Shown here: positions 26,821 through 35,403 of the stretch, piece after piece
Layout: every line of letters starts with the position of its first letter
How positions within the stretch are numbered: position 1 is the first letter of the stretch
NCBI GenBank assembly: GCA_963668115.1
Contig: OY764147.1
Span: 2,317,761-2,381,760 of the forward strand
Direction: 5' to 3'
From: Dehalococcoidia bacterium
GTDB taxonomy: Bacteria > Chloroflexota > Dehalococcoidia > Plut-88900
DNA length: 64,000 nt
Program-made: the position numbers and the translations under genes
The notes under the pieces: model-generated
Databases searched by the model: none
Seen by the model: the letters and a program-made list of their open reading frames with translations, nothing else
What the model was told of the DNA's origin: nothing

Positions 26821-28233
26821 ATGGGGTGGTTGGCCTTGGTGGTGGGGTTGCTGATTGGGGTTGCGGCCTGCGCCTCTGACTTGGAAACACTCGTCTCCGA
26901 TGTCACGCCTAGCCCTTCTACTAGGGATTCGGAGACCGTCACAGCCCACATCACACCCACAATCCATGCCCTGCCGCAGCCTCCATTCTACGGTGCCGGC
27001 ACCCCATCATTGGATGAGCGCATATACGAATCGGATATCGTAGTCAGAGTTTCCTTATCATCCGTCACCGATGATCTATTGAAATTTAAGGCCATTGAAT
27101 ACCTAAAGGGCTCTGGAGCATCCGAGATCAGCGTCCATGCCTCCACCACTGGACGAAATACCTCCTGGGACGGACGGGAAGCGATACTCTTCCTCACCCT
27201 ACCGAAGAGTCAAGGGACAACAGGTTCCTCAGACAGTTCCTCATCACAGTTCATATTCACAGAATCCCAAGCCGTCAAGCACTATAGTGGTAACCTGTCC
27301 GATGGTTATACCATAGATACCCGGAACCCTGCGTGGCTACCTGCGGAATCTGCCTCTGGTACAACAGGGACTAGCGGTGGTAGTCAGACATTTATTACGG
27401 ATACCCAATCTCCCACCGGTGCTCTGTCTCCAGTGATTTCTCTGACGGATCTTCGTTCCAAGATAGCGTGGCAGGAAGTGAAAGAAGGTGTAGCAGGATA
27501 CGAGGATTGCATCTTGGCGCGCCTAGATCACGAGCAATGGTTCCGAAACTGGGAGACCCATTATGGGCGCGCATGGCCTCTTCATCAATTCAATGCGCGA
27601 GTGAATTCAGGAACGGGCAAGGGAGCAGTTATTAAGGCTTCCGGCAATTACAACTTGAATAAGTACTGGAAAGAGTGGTTAACCGGTATGGATGCAGAAC
27701 TCTTCAGCACTCAGGTCGTCGATAACGATGAGAAGCCCGGCAACGGCTTCAGCAGCAATATTACAACCGCCCGTCCTCTGATTGGCGGAACATACAATTA
27801 TATGTTCCACAGACAATGGCCCGAATACATGCCATGCAACTTTGTCTCTCCTCGTCATCGTCTAGCGTTAATAGTCACCGTCACTGCTCCGACGGGGACT
27901 GTTCACGAAGCCTTCTTCGATCCTGCCTCCACCTCCCTAGGGGTGGGTTTCCGGGGAAGTCAAGGCACACTCTCTCCCGCCTCCTTCACTCACGGGGACG
28001 TCTCATCCTCCATCGTCGGACTCGGGTGGGAGAATGGCAAGGTCATGCTTGCCCTTTCGCCCTACGTGTCCCTTGCGGGCAAGACCTTGGACTTCATCGA
28101 ACTGGATGGGACGGTGGGCCTTAGCCTGAGGTTCGACGATGGTGTGTCGGATGGGGAGTCGGGGACGGTTGTGTGGAAGGTGGATGAGCGGCCGTGGGAG
28201 TCGGGGGATGAGTTGATGATTCGGATTAGGTAG
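26821..28233 (+). CDS. hypothetical lipoprotein. Probable start at M18 of ORF 26770-28233; the gene is AT-richer than its surroundings.
   Basis: Signal peptide with LIGVAAC lipobox. The composition is Ser/Thr/Gly-rich and protein-like. I recognise no functional motif. Confidence 0.5.
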   Translation: MGWLALVVGLLIGVAACASDLETLVSDVTPSPSTRDSETVTAHITPTIHALPQPPFYGAGTPSLDERIYESDIVVRVSLSSVTDDLLKFKAIEYLKGSGASEISVHASTTGRNTSWDGREAILFLTLPKSQGTTGSSDSSSSQFIFTESQAVKHYSGNLSDGYTIDTRNPAWLPAESASGTTGTSGGSQTFITDTQSPTGALSPVISLTDLRSKIAWQEVKEGVAGYEDCILARLDHEQWFRNWETHYGRAWPLHQFNARVNSGTGKGAVIKASGNYNLNKYWKEWLTGMDAELFSTQVVDNDEKPGNGFSSNITTARPLIGGTYNYMFHRQWPEYMPCNFVSPRHRLALIVTVTAPTGTVHEAFFDPASTSLGVGFRGSQGTLSPASFTHGDVSSSIVGLGWENGKVMLALSPYVSLAGKTLDFIELDGTVGLSLRFDDGVSDGESGTVVWKVDERPWESGDELMIRIR

Positions 28234-28257
28234 GGGGAGAGGTGAGTTGTGGGGATG

Positions 28258-28356
28258 GGGGTGAGTGTTTCGGAAGGATGGATTCCTGCCTCCGCAGGAA
28301 TGACGGAGTGGTCGGGGGTGGGGCGCTGGAGATTCCTCGCGGGGCATCGGAACGGG
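28258..28356. repeat. hairpin-repeat family copy immediately downstream of the lipoprotein gene (stem variant CCTGC/GCAGG)
   Basis: GGTGAGTGTTTCGGAAGGATGGATTCCTGCCTCCGCAGGAATGACGGAG. Both stem arms changed together relative to the 26580 copy. Confidence 0.6.
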
Positions 28357-28520
28357 AAGAGAGGGGCGTCGGGAAGGGGAGGAAGGAGTGGAGGGATGTC
28401 ATGCTTGCATGTGAGCGAAGTCTGTGGGGCTGTGTGTCAATGGGAGGAAGTGAAGCAGGGCCGTTCGGAAGGCATTTGACAGGGTCAAGCCGGTAAAATT
28501 ATATTGGGCATACATCTCTC

Positions 28521-29075
28521 TTGGAGAGTGCCGAACTGCGCCTCCTCCTCGTCTCGTTAGCTCTTGCCTTCATCCTGGCTTGCCTCGGTTGCCGCGACGC
28601 GGGCTCTTTGGAGATATCTCTGCCTTCACCCACTGCGCCTTCGGAGATAGTCGTTTACGTTACGGGGGAGGTGGTCAGCCCGGGGCTGTACACCCTTCCC
28701 CCGGGTCAGAGACGCCTTATAGAAGCGGTTGATACGGCGGGCGGCTTTACGGAAAATGCCGACCGGGCCAGCGTGAACGGCGCCCTGGTCATCTACGACC
28801 AGGAACATATCCACGTCCTCCCCCTGCCCCTTGCGCCCGACTCGTCCTCGGCCGGTTCGCAGCTGGGAACTACCTCCGGCGGGCTTATCGACCTTAACTC
28901 CGCCTCTTTCGAGGAGCTTCAGACGTTGCCGGGCGTAGGGCCGACAACGGCGGAGTCGATCATAGAGCACCGGCTGGCCAACGGCCCCTTCACGCGAGTC
29001 GAAGACCTAGTCGAGGTCGCAGGGATAGGGGAGAAGACTTTCGAATCGCTCCAGCACCTGATAACGGTGCGTTGA
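28521..29075 (+). CDS. comEA: competence protein ComEA (helix-hairpin-helix DNA-binding), TTG start
   Basis: C-terminal LIDLNSASFEELQTLPGVGPTTAESIIEHRLANGPFTRVEDLVEVAGIGEKTFESL HhH tandem motif. N-terminal membrane anchor. Confidence 0.8.
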   Translation: MESAELRLLLVSLALAFILACLGCRDAGSLEISLPSPTAPSEIVVYVTGEVVSPGLYTLPPGQRRLIEAVDTAGGFTENADRASVNGALVIYDQEHIHVLPLPLAPDSSSAGSQLGTTSGGLIDLNSASFEELQTLPGVGPTTAESIIEHRLANGPFTRVEDLVEVAGIGEKTFESLQHLITVR

Positions 29076-29103
29076 GCCTCGCCAAGAGGGGGCCGAGCTC
29101 TCC

Positions 29104-31572
29104 ATGACCCTCGTCTACATCAGCGGGGCCCTGGTCGTCGGCATATTCGCCGGCGTGGAGCTGGACCTGCTCGCCTGGCCCTTCTTCCTTACGGCGGCCC
29201 TGATCGTTGCCGGCGGCCTCTTGCTGAGAAAGCACCCGAGAGTGATCTACGTGCTCATGCTGGCTGCGTTGCTGGCGGGGGTGGGGAGGGGGGCGGTGTC
29301 TCCGGTTTCGGGGCCGCCGGATGAACTCCAGGGCCTCGCCCGGTTAGACACCTTGGAGATTGCCGGAGTCATAGAAGACTACCCGGAGCCTCGGGGCGGG
29401 CTGACCCGATTCCGCTTCGACATTCACGGCTACCGAAGTGGTGAATCGTGGGTGGAGTCCTCCGGGCTGTTACTGGTCAAGGCCCGGCCCTCGGCGGATG
29501 TGATCGGGGGGCGGGCCCCGCCCTTCTTCCGTTACGGCGACTCCCTTGTCCTCACCGGCGCCCTCACGGAACCCCCCGTCCTAGAAGATTTCGACTGGCG
29601 GGAACACCTGGCGCGAGAGGGTGTCCACTACCTGATGGATCAACCGGAAGTGCGGCTGGTCGGGAGTGGGCACGGGTCACCGCCAATGCAATTGCTCTAC
29701 CGGTTCCGGTCGGAGATGGCCGCATCCCTCGGCAGGTCTCTCCCCGAGCCCCATGCCTCGCTGACACAAGCGCTTCTGCTGGGCATACGGAGCGGCCTCC
29801 CTTCCGACCTGAGGGATGACCTGGCGCACACCGGCACCACGCACCTGGTGGCAATCTCGGGTCTGCACGTGGGGATCCTGGTGGGGCTGGTCAGTCTCGG
29901 GAGTGCGGCGGCCCTCGGGAGGAGGGGGCAGTTGTACGTCGTTGTTCCTCTCTTGTTCGTGTGGGCATACGCGTTGCTTACGGGGTTCTCGCCACCCGTG
30001 GCTCGGGCGGCGATCATGGCCAGCCTGTACCTGTGGGCCATCTACCTAGGCAGGCAGCGGAGCGGCCTCACCGCCCTTTCCGCCGCCGCGGCCGTCATGG
30101 TAGCGGTCGATCCCGAAATTCTGGCAGAGCTTTCATTCCAGCTCAGCTTCCTGGCCATGGCAGGACTGCTTCTTCTCGGGCCCTGGTTTCGGGCCGGGGG
30201 CCTTAGGCTGGTGGCCCGGTACTGGGAGCCCGAGGGTGTACCGGGCACAGTGGTCAAGTTCTTCGTCGAGGCCACAGCCATCTCCCTCGCCGCGATCCTT
30301 GCGACATTGCCGATCGTAGCCGTCAACTTCCATTTCCTGTCACCCGTGGGCCTGCCGGCGACCCTGCTTATCCTGCCGGTAATGCCCCCGGCCCTGGTAT
30401 CCGCCTTTGTAGTCGGGGTGGGGGGTGTGGTGTCGGAGGCTGCGGGACAGGTCCTATCATGGGCAGCGTGGCCCTGGCTTGCGTGGATGACGGGCGTCGT
30501 GGAGATATTCGCTCGGGTTCCGGGGCTGACCGTCGACGCCGGGCCCGCCGCGCCGTACCTGTCTATGCTCTACTACGCTTTCTGGCTCGGGCTGCTTTGG
30601 TGGGCGCGCAGACGGTGGCCCAAGGCGCTTTTGCGCTCCGAGCTTCCGGAGTTCCCCACTCTTCGCTCGCTACCTAAGCCCCGGGTCTCGGCCCTGCTAA
30701 GCCTCAACGCGGCGCTGTTGATAACGGGGTCAGTGCTGCTGGCCGCCATATTCACCTTCTCGGCGGTTTCCTCGGGTGAAAGGCTCAGGGTGACCGCCCT
30801 GAACGTGGGCCAGGGCGACTCATTCCTCATCCAGGCCCCGGGACCCGCGACCATTTTAGTGGACGGGGGCCCCGACCCTGACAAGCTGGTTCTTGAACTG
30901 GGGCAACGCCTTCCCCAGTGGCAGCGAACCATCGACCTGGTTGTTCTCACCCACCCGGACACCGATCATCTGTCGGGGCTGATGGGGCTGCTGGAAAGAT
31001 ATGAGGTCGGGGGCGTCATCCAGTGTGGCGTGAATTGCGTCACGCCGGGCAACGAGGCCGACTACCTGGCGTGGGAGGCACTGCTGACCAGGGAGGGAAT
31101 TACGCCATTGGAGGCGCAGGTCGGGACCCGGGTGCTAATCAGCGGAGACCTTGTATTGCAGGTCCTCCACCCCCCACCCCGACCTCTCCTCGGGACGGAC
31201 GCCCACGCCAATAACAATTCGGTGGTGTTGAGGCTGGAGTACGGAGAGACGAGCTTCCTGTTCACCGGCGATGTCGAGGCGTTCGCGGAGGGCTATCTGC
31301 TGAGACAGGGTGTGCATCTGGATAGCGCCGTGATGACGACGCCCCATCATGGGAGCAACTCCTCATCCAGCCCCGAGTTTGTAGACGCGGTGGACCCGGG
31401 GCTGGTGCTAATCTCTTCGGGTGTCGACAACCGCTACGGCCACCCCCACCCGGAGACGCTAGCCACCCTGACCCGTCGGCTCCCACCCGAACGCATTTTG
31501 AACACGGCGGAGGTCGGGGCTATCCAGGTGGAGACGGATGGGGAAGGGATTTGGGTGACCACCGAGGAGTAG
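29104..31572 (+). CDS. comEC: DNA internalisation competence protein ComEC/Rec2 (polytopic channel + C-terminal MBL domain)
   Basis: Multi-TM core (LVAISGLHVGIL) and a C-terminal metallo-beta-lactamase domain (VLTHPDTDHLSGL…TTPHHGSNSS). Confidence 0.85.
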   Translation: MTLVYISGALVVGIFAGVELDLLAWPFFLTAALIVAGGLLLRKHPRVIYVLMLAALLAGVGRGAVSPVSGPPDELQGLARLDTLEIAGVIEDYPEPRGGLTRFRFDIHGYRSGESWVESSGLLLVKARPSADVIGGRAPPFFRYGDSLVLTGALTEPPVLEDFDWREHLAREGVHYLMDQPEVRLVGSGHGSPPMQLLYRFRSEMAASLGRSLPEPHASLTQALLLGIRSGLPSDLRDDLAHTGTTHLVAISGLHVGILVGLVSLGSAAALGRRGQLYVVVPLLFVWAYALLTGFSPPVARAAIMASLYLWAIYLGRQRSGLTALSAAAAVMVAVDPEILAELSFQLSFLAMAGLLLLGPWFRAGGLRLVARYWEPEGVPGTVVKFFVEATAISLAAILATLPIVAVNFHFLSPVGLPATLLILPVMPPALVSAFVVGVGGVVSEAAGQVLSWAAWPWLAWMTGVVEIFARVPGLTVDAGPAAPYLSMLYYAFWLGLLWWARRRWPKALLRSELPEFPTLRSLPKPRVSALLSLNAALLITGSVLLAAIFTFSAVSSGERLRVTALNVGQGDSFLIQAPGPATILVDGGPDPDKLVLELGQRLPQWQRTIDLVVLTHPDTDHLSGLMGLLERYEVGGVIQCGVNCVTPGNEADYLAWEALLTREGITPLEAQVGTRVLISGDLVLQVLHPPPRPLLGTDAHANNNSVVLRLEYGETSFLFTGDVEAFAEGYLLRQGVHLDSAVMTTPHHGSNSSSSPEFVDAVDPGLVLISSGVDNRYGHPHPETLATLTRRLPPERILNTAEVGAIQVETDGEGIWVTTEE

Positions 31573-31575
31573 AAC

Positions 31576-32508
31576 TTACTTGAATCGGGGCAAGACCGTC
31601 TCGGCGAAGCGTTCGTAGTCTCCCTTGACCTCGGGGAGGGGTCTTGCGCAGTTCAGGACGAAGTGGGTGACGCCGATCTTCATGTGGTCTTCGATGGTCT
31701 GGGCGCAGTCGTCGGGGGTGCCTATGAGGATGGCACGGAGGTCGGGTAGGTACGGCTCGTAGCCATATCGCTTAGCTAGTGTAGCCCGCACCGTCTCCCG
31801 CGCTTCCTCTCGACTCTCACCCATGGCGAAGTAGAGGTGCACGGCCCGGGTTATCTTCGAAGCGTCCGTACCGTATCTGTCGGCGTAGCCTTCTATACGA
31901 CCCCAGAGTCGAAGGTACTCCTCAACGCCCGGGTTGCTGGGGACGAAGCCCTGGCACCACCGCGCCGCCCGACGCAACACACCCTCGGCCTCTCCTCCGG
32001 CCCACAGGGGAGGGTGGGGCTTCTGGACGGGCGCAGGACCCATCTCTATGTTTTCGAAGGAGTGGAAACGGCCCTGATGGCTGACTGGTCGGGCTGTCCA
32101 GAGCTTCGTCATGATCTCCAGCATCTCGTCGGTGATGGCGCCGCGCTGACGGGGGTCGACGCCGCAGACGTCAAAGGCATCGGAGCGGGAATTGGAAGAG
32201 CCTCCGACACCCACCCCCAGCACGACCCGACCCCCGGAGAGGAAGTCCAGGGTTGCCGTCTCCTTGGCAAGGATGGCGGGGTTCCTAAGCGGAGCGATGA
32301 CCACGCAGGTTCCGACGGTAATGCGCTGGGTATGCTGTACGAACGCGCCCAGGGCCAAGATGATGTCCAGAGCGGGCATCTCGTTGACGAGGCCCTCGGT
32401 GACCCACAGAGAGTCGTAGCCGGAGTCTTCGATCGTCGTTGCGAACTCGGGGATGGGGACAACGGGGTGCAGCCTGCTGTATATGACGCCGAATTTGGGG
32501 TCGGGCAT
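31576..32508 (-). CDS. LLM-class (luciferase-like) flavin/F420-dependent oxidoreductase
   Basis: TIM-barrel LLM family features (…LWVTEG…, GGRVVLGVGVG, C-terminal helix). About 310 aa. Confidence 0.75.
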   Translation of the reverse strand: MPDPKFGVIYSRLHPVVPIPEFATTIEDSGYDSLWVTEGLVNEMPALDIILALGAFVQHTQRITVGTCVVIAPLRNPAILAKETATLDFLSGGRVVLGVGVGGSSNSRSDAFDVCGVDPRQRGAITDEMLEIMTKLWTARPVSHQGRFHSFENIEMGPAPVQKPHPPLWAGGEAEGVLRRAARWCQGFVPSNPGVEEYLRLWGRIEGYADRYGTDASKITRAVHLYFAMGESREEARETVRATLAKRYGYEPYLPDLRAILIGTPDDCAQTIEDHMKIGVTHFVLNCARPLPEVKGDYERFAETVLPRFK

Positions 32509-32541
32509 TTGATTGCTCCTGGTGTGTTATTTCGAGGCTGA

Positions 32542-33462
32542 TTACCGGAACTGGGGCATGATTTGGGTGGCGAATAGCTCCATCTGGCCCATGAACTCCG
32601 GCCTCTTGCATATCGGGTTCACTATCAAGTGCTCAATGCCGCAGGATAAGAATCGTTCGATAGACCTTAGGCAGTCATCCACCGTTCCGACGGCACTATC
32701 CTGGGGCCGTATCTTCACCCTTCTGCCCATACGGTTGGTCATGTCCTCGGAAGCCTGGGCCGATGCCTCTTCCTCGCTGTTCCCCATTCTGAAGGAGAGG
32801 TGGAGGGCGCGGGTGATGCTTCTCGGGTCCCGGCCGAACTCTTCGGCGTAGCGCTCTATCTTGACCACGGCGCGTGCGTAAGTGGCGGCGGTGAGGGACG
32901 TGGGCATGAACCCGTCCCCGAAGCGCGCCGTCCTTTTCAAGGCCCCCTCCGAATGTCCGCCGACCCAAATGGGGGGGCCCGGTCGCTGCACGGGCTTGGG
33001 CTCCATGAACATGTCTTCGAACTGGTAGAACCGGCCATTGTGGGTTAAGGGTTTATCGGACCAGAGGCCCTTCAATATCTCCAGAGCCTCGTCTGTGCGG
33101 GCGCCCCGTTCCCGAGGGTCGACACCCGTGGCCTCGAGATTGCGGTTGGCCCTCGGGCCTGCGCCGACACCGAGCACGAACCTTCCGCCGGACATGTAGT
33201 CGATAGTTGCGACCTGCTTGGCAAGGATAGCGGGATACCTGAGGGGTACGACGACAACGCATGTGCCCAGCATGATGTCTTTGGTGTGCTCGGCGAATGC
33301 CCCGACTACGGGAGTCCAGTCCAGGGCATGCTCCCGGGTGATTAGGGTGTCGGGGACCCAGATGGCGTCGAAGTCCATCTGCACCGTAGTATCTGCGAAC
33401 TCCTTGATGCCAACCAGTTCATGTATCCGGCTGTACAGGGGGCCGAATTTAATGTTTGCCAT
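32542..33462 (-). CDS. LLM-class flavin/F420-dependent oxidoreductase (tandem paralogue)
   Basis: Same family signature (GGRFVLGVGAG). Adjacent to a paralogue on the same strand. Confidence 0.75.
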   Translation of the reverse strand: MANIKFGPLYSRIHELVGIKEFADTTVQMDFDAIWVPDTLITREHALDWTPVVGAFAEHTKDIMLGTCVVVVPLRYPAILAKQVATIDYMSGGRFVLGVGAGPRANRNLEATGVDPRERGARTDEALEILKGLWSDKPLTHNGRFYQFEDMFMEPKPVQRPGPPIWVGGHSEGALKRTARFGDGFMPTSLTAATYARAVVKIERYAEEFGRDPRSITRALHLSFRMGNSEEEASAQASEDMTNRMGRRVKIRPQDSAVGTVDDCLRSIERFLSCGIEHLIVNPICKRPEFMGQMELFATQIMPQFR

Positions 33463-33507
33463 TACTTAGACGGTTCCTTTCGGGTTTGGGACGCGCCCAG
33501 TCCCCAA

Positions 33508-34635
33508 TCAGACGTGATGATACCCGAACACCTCTTTCTTCACCTCTTCAACACTGCGTCGGGCGAACTCCCGGATCTTGGCACGGTCACCCTCCTCCAG
33601 CCTGGGCCCCGAGGCATCTCTCAACGTCTCGATCCCCGACCTCTCTTTGTAAGACTCGGGCGTCTCATTGGGCCATTCGTGCTCCAGCATCACCCCGTAG
33701 GCCAGGGCCCAGCATCGGGCCACGGCCTCCACATCATATCCCCCTCCCCCGAGGGCCAGCCACCGATCAGCCATTCCCGACAGCTTCCGAACAGCAGTAG
33801 TGAAGCCCTCCGTGGTTATGTACAGGTGGCCGAGGATGTCGGAGTGATAGGTGTCGATGCCTAGTTGGGTGACTATCACATCGGGGGAAAAGGCTCGCAC
33901 CAGGGGCGGGACTATTTCTTCGAAGGCCTCATGGTAAATCTCGTCATCGGTGTAGGGGCCAAGGGGGAGGTTGACGGCGTGACCGGTCCCCGACCCCGTT
34001 CCAATCTCGTTGGGGTAGCCGGTGCCGGGGAAGATGAACCGCCCCGATTCGTGGACGGAAATGGTGAGGACGGAGTCGGTGTCGTAAAAGGCGTTCTGGA
34101 CGCCGTCGCCGTGATGGACGTCGATGTCGACGTAGGCCACCTTCATGCCCCTATCCACCATCCGCTTGATGGCTATCACGGCGTCGTTGAAGACGCAGAA
34201 GCCAGACGTGAAGCCGGCGGCGGCGTGGTGCAGGCCACCGCCGGGGTTGAAGGCGGCATCCACCTCGCCGTCGACAATCATGTCCGCCGCCAGCAGGGAC
34301 CCGCCGACCACCAAGGTCGCTGCATCGTACATTCCGGGATAGGTGGGGTTGTCGCCGTACTGGCTGAAGTTGTATCGGCCTGGGTCAACGAGCATACGGC
34401 CTTCGCCGAAGGACTTGACTGCTGCGGCGTAGTCGGGGGTATGGAAGGTCTGGACTTCTTCGTCTGTCGCGTGCCGGGGGTCGACAAGCCGGCCGTTTTC
34501 CACCTCGAAAGCCCCGAAATCATCCAGCAGCTCGTAGGTGTAGCGGAGGCGAACGGGTTTGAAGACGTGGTCGTCCCGGAGCACGTGCCTCGACATTGCA
34601 TCCCGGTAGACGAATGCGCCCTTTCTATTTGCCAT
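33508..34635 (-). CDS. histone deacetylase superfamily protein (AcuC / acetylpolyamine aminohydrolase-like)
   Basis: Catalytic region DIDVHHGDGVQNAFYDTDSVLTISVHE. An HHAAAGFTSGFCVFND motif upstream. Confidence 0.8.
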   Translation of the reverse strand: MANRKGAFVYRDAMSRHVLRDDHVFKPVRLRYTYELLDDFGAFEVENGRLVDPRHATDEEVQTFHTPDYAAAVKSFGEGRMLVDPGRYNFSQYGDNPTYPGMYDAATLVVGGSLLAADMIVDGEVDAAFNPGGGLHHAAAGFTSGFCVFNDAVIAIKRMVDRGMKVAYVDIDVHHGDGVQNAFYDTDSVLTISVHESGRFIFPGTGYPNEIGTGSGTGHAVNLPLGPYTDDEIYHEAFEEIVPPLVRAFSPDVIVTQLGIDTYHSDILGHLYITTEGFTTAVRKLSGMADRWLALGGGGYDVEAVARCWALAYGVMLEHEWPNETPESYKERSGIETLRDASGPRLEEGDRAKIREFARRSVEEVKKEVFGYHHV

Positions 34636-35400
34636 CTAGACCTCCAACTCCAACCCTTCGAAGGCGGCCTTTATCTCGATTCCCAACTCCCGAGACGCAG
34701 CCGCGAGGTCTTCCTTGATCTCTTCTTCGTGGCGGGGGTTGAGGTGTACGGCCCAGACCGTGGGGAGTCCGCCACACTCTCGCCTGATTGTATCCAAGTC
34801 GGCGGCGAGGAGGGATGGGGTCAGGTGGCCCCGAGAGCGGGTGTCGGCTTCCATGCGGTCCGGGTAGGACGTCTCGATGAAAGCCACGTCCGGTGAGAGC
34901 ACCCCCCACCCCTCCCCGAACCCCGGCCCCGTATCCCCGCTGTAGAAAAATCTCCGGCCGTCGGGGCCCGTGACTTGGAAGCCGTAGGTCGGGGGGCCGT
35001 GGAGTACCCTAATTGGCAGGACGAAATAGTCTCCGACACTGTTTTCCTTGCCGGGATCAAGGGGGTTGAACCGTAGGGAAGGGCACTCAGCCGGTGAGCG
35101 TGTGTGGTCAGGATAGAGGGTCCCGTTTACCAAGTTGGTCGAGAGGCTTTCCAATACCTCGGGGCAGGCGTAAACATCGGTGGTACTACTACGGGTGTTC
35201 AGGCCGAAGGTAAGGAGATCCCGGCAGTGGTCGAAGTGGTGGTGGGTAATGAGGATTGCTTCGATTGCATCCTGTTCCTCCAGCGTCAGCTCCGAGGTCA
35301 GGCTCCCGGCTTCCACGGCCAGAACATCGTCAATAAGAAATGACGTGAGCCTGGTGTCCCGGGTCTCGAGCTGGTGAGCTCCGAGAACCCTAATTCTCAT
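34636..35400 (-). CDS. MBL-fold metallo-hydrolase
   Basis: HxHxDH motif (ITHHHFDHCRDL). About 250 aa. Lies 3 bp downstream of the helicase gene. Confidence 0.6.
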   Translation of the reverse strand: MRIRVLGAHQLETRDTRLTSFLIDDVLAVEAGSLTSELTLEEQDAIEAILITHHHFDHCRDLLTFGLNTRSSTTDVYACPEVLESLSTNLVNGTLYPDHTRSPAECPSLRFNPLDPGKENSVGDYFVLPIRVLHGPPTYGFQVTGPDGRRFFYSGDTGPGFGEGWGVLSPDVAFIETSYPDRMEADTRSRGHLTPSLLAADLDTIRRECGGLPTVWAVHLNPRHEEEIKEDLAAASRELGIEIKAAFEGLELEV

Positions 35401-35403
35401 GTC

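Noticed and set aside
26330-28360. Hairpin repeats as integron attC sites or a CRISPR array
   Set aside because: There are no GTTRRRY/RYYYAAC core sites and no regular repeat-spacer periodicity. Copies are irregularly spaced and partially nested, and no intI or cas genes are present in the window.
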